From positions 81,840,001 to 81,904,000 of the forward strand of contig OX597822.1 in assembly GCA_951406725.2 (NCBI GenBank): 64,000 nucleotides of DNA, written 5' to 3'. The position numbers and the translations under genes were made by a program. The notes under the pieces were generated by a model. That model did no database searches, was not told the DNA's origin, and saw only the letters and a list, made by a program, of their open reading frames with translations. This document shows positions 63,309 to 64,000 of the stretch, in pieces; position 1 is the stretch's first letter, and the number at the start of each line of letters is the position of its first letter. Source of the DNA: Octopus vulgaris (Eukaryota).

Positions 63309-64000
63309 AATATATATATAAAGAAATTCTCATCACAGTCACATGACCTGCTAGAAATAGCAACCAAATCACCCTCAAACCACACTTTACCATTCTCGAA
63401 ATGGACAGTCATCAATGTGGTCCCACATGCTCAATGCTTGGTGGGGGAAATATTCAGCACCCCACATACTCACCACCATCACCCTCAAAACAAAAATTAA
63501 ATGATCATGACTTTTGATTGTTGGTCAGCTTGTTCAGTGCAGACTTGGAGTTAAGCAACAGCACTCACACACACACACACACACACACACACCTTGGTTT
63601 CTTCCCCCAATTAATTCTTTGTGATTTTTTTTTCTTTTTCCTGTTTTCTGGTGAAAATCAGTTTATGATGGACAGACATTTGGGAGCCCTGAATATTGTT
63701 TTTTTAATTGGTAGGTCTGAAGGGATGGGGTGTTCTTAACAACATTTGTAGTCCTTTTGAGATCAGGAGTTCTCAACAGGGGTCCATATAAGATTTTATC
63801 GTTAAAATTTATCTGCAATAAATTGCTTATATTTCTACAAAATAGGCACAGGTATGGCTGTGTAGCAAGAAGCTTGCTTCATAACCACATGGTTCTGGGT
63901 TCAGTCCCATTGTGTGGCACCTTGGGCAAGTGTCTTCTACTATAGCTTCAGGCTGACCAAAGCCTTATGAGTAGATTTAGTAGATGGAAATTGAAAGAAG

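Overview
Repeat-dense, AT-rich animal DNA. The SINE/LINE families and microsatellite load point to a coleoid cephalopod, probably Octopus (inference from family recognition, no search run). Almost every ORF in the supplied track is a microsatellite or transposon artefact. The only host-gene signal is a probable first coding exon at 16233-16271 (+; MSSRRHSSRSRAR followed by GTGAGT) in a CpG-retaining zone. No second exon was recognised downstream, so the rest may be one very large intron. The window holds tRNA-derived SINEs (at least 3 families), CR1, RTE and R4/Dong-like LINE fragments, a decayed full-length Tc1/mariner element, and mariner-, hAT-, piggyBac- and Merlin-like MITEs. Best leads: (1) a recursive-splice-site-like CAG|GTAAGT with a 49-nt cryptic exon, stopped in all three frames, at 43661-43718; (2) several short elements with minimal hammerhead-ribozyme-like motifs, often in fold-back arrangement beside (TA)n, one with a tRNA-like Pol III head; (3) a 33-bp tandem repeat that may encode a His/Gly/Pro/Val repeat on the minus strand. 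Ends of decayed repeats are approximate, and only representative copies of the commonest families are listed.
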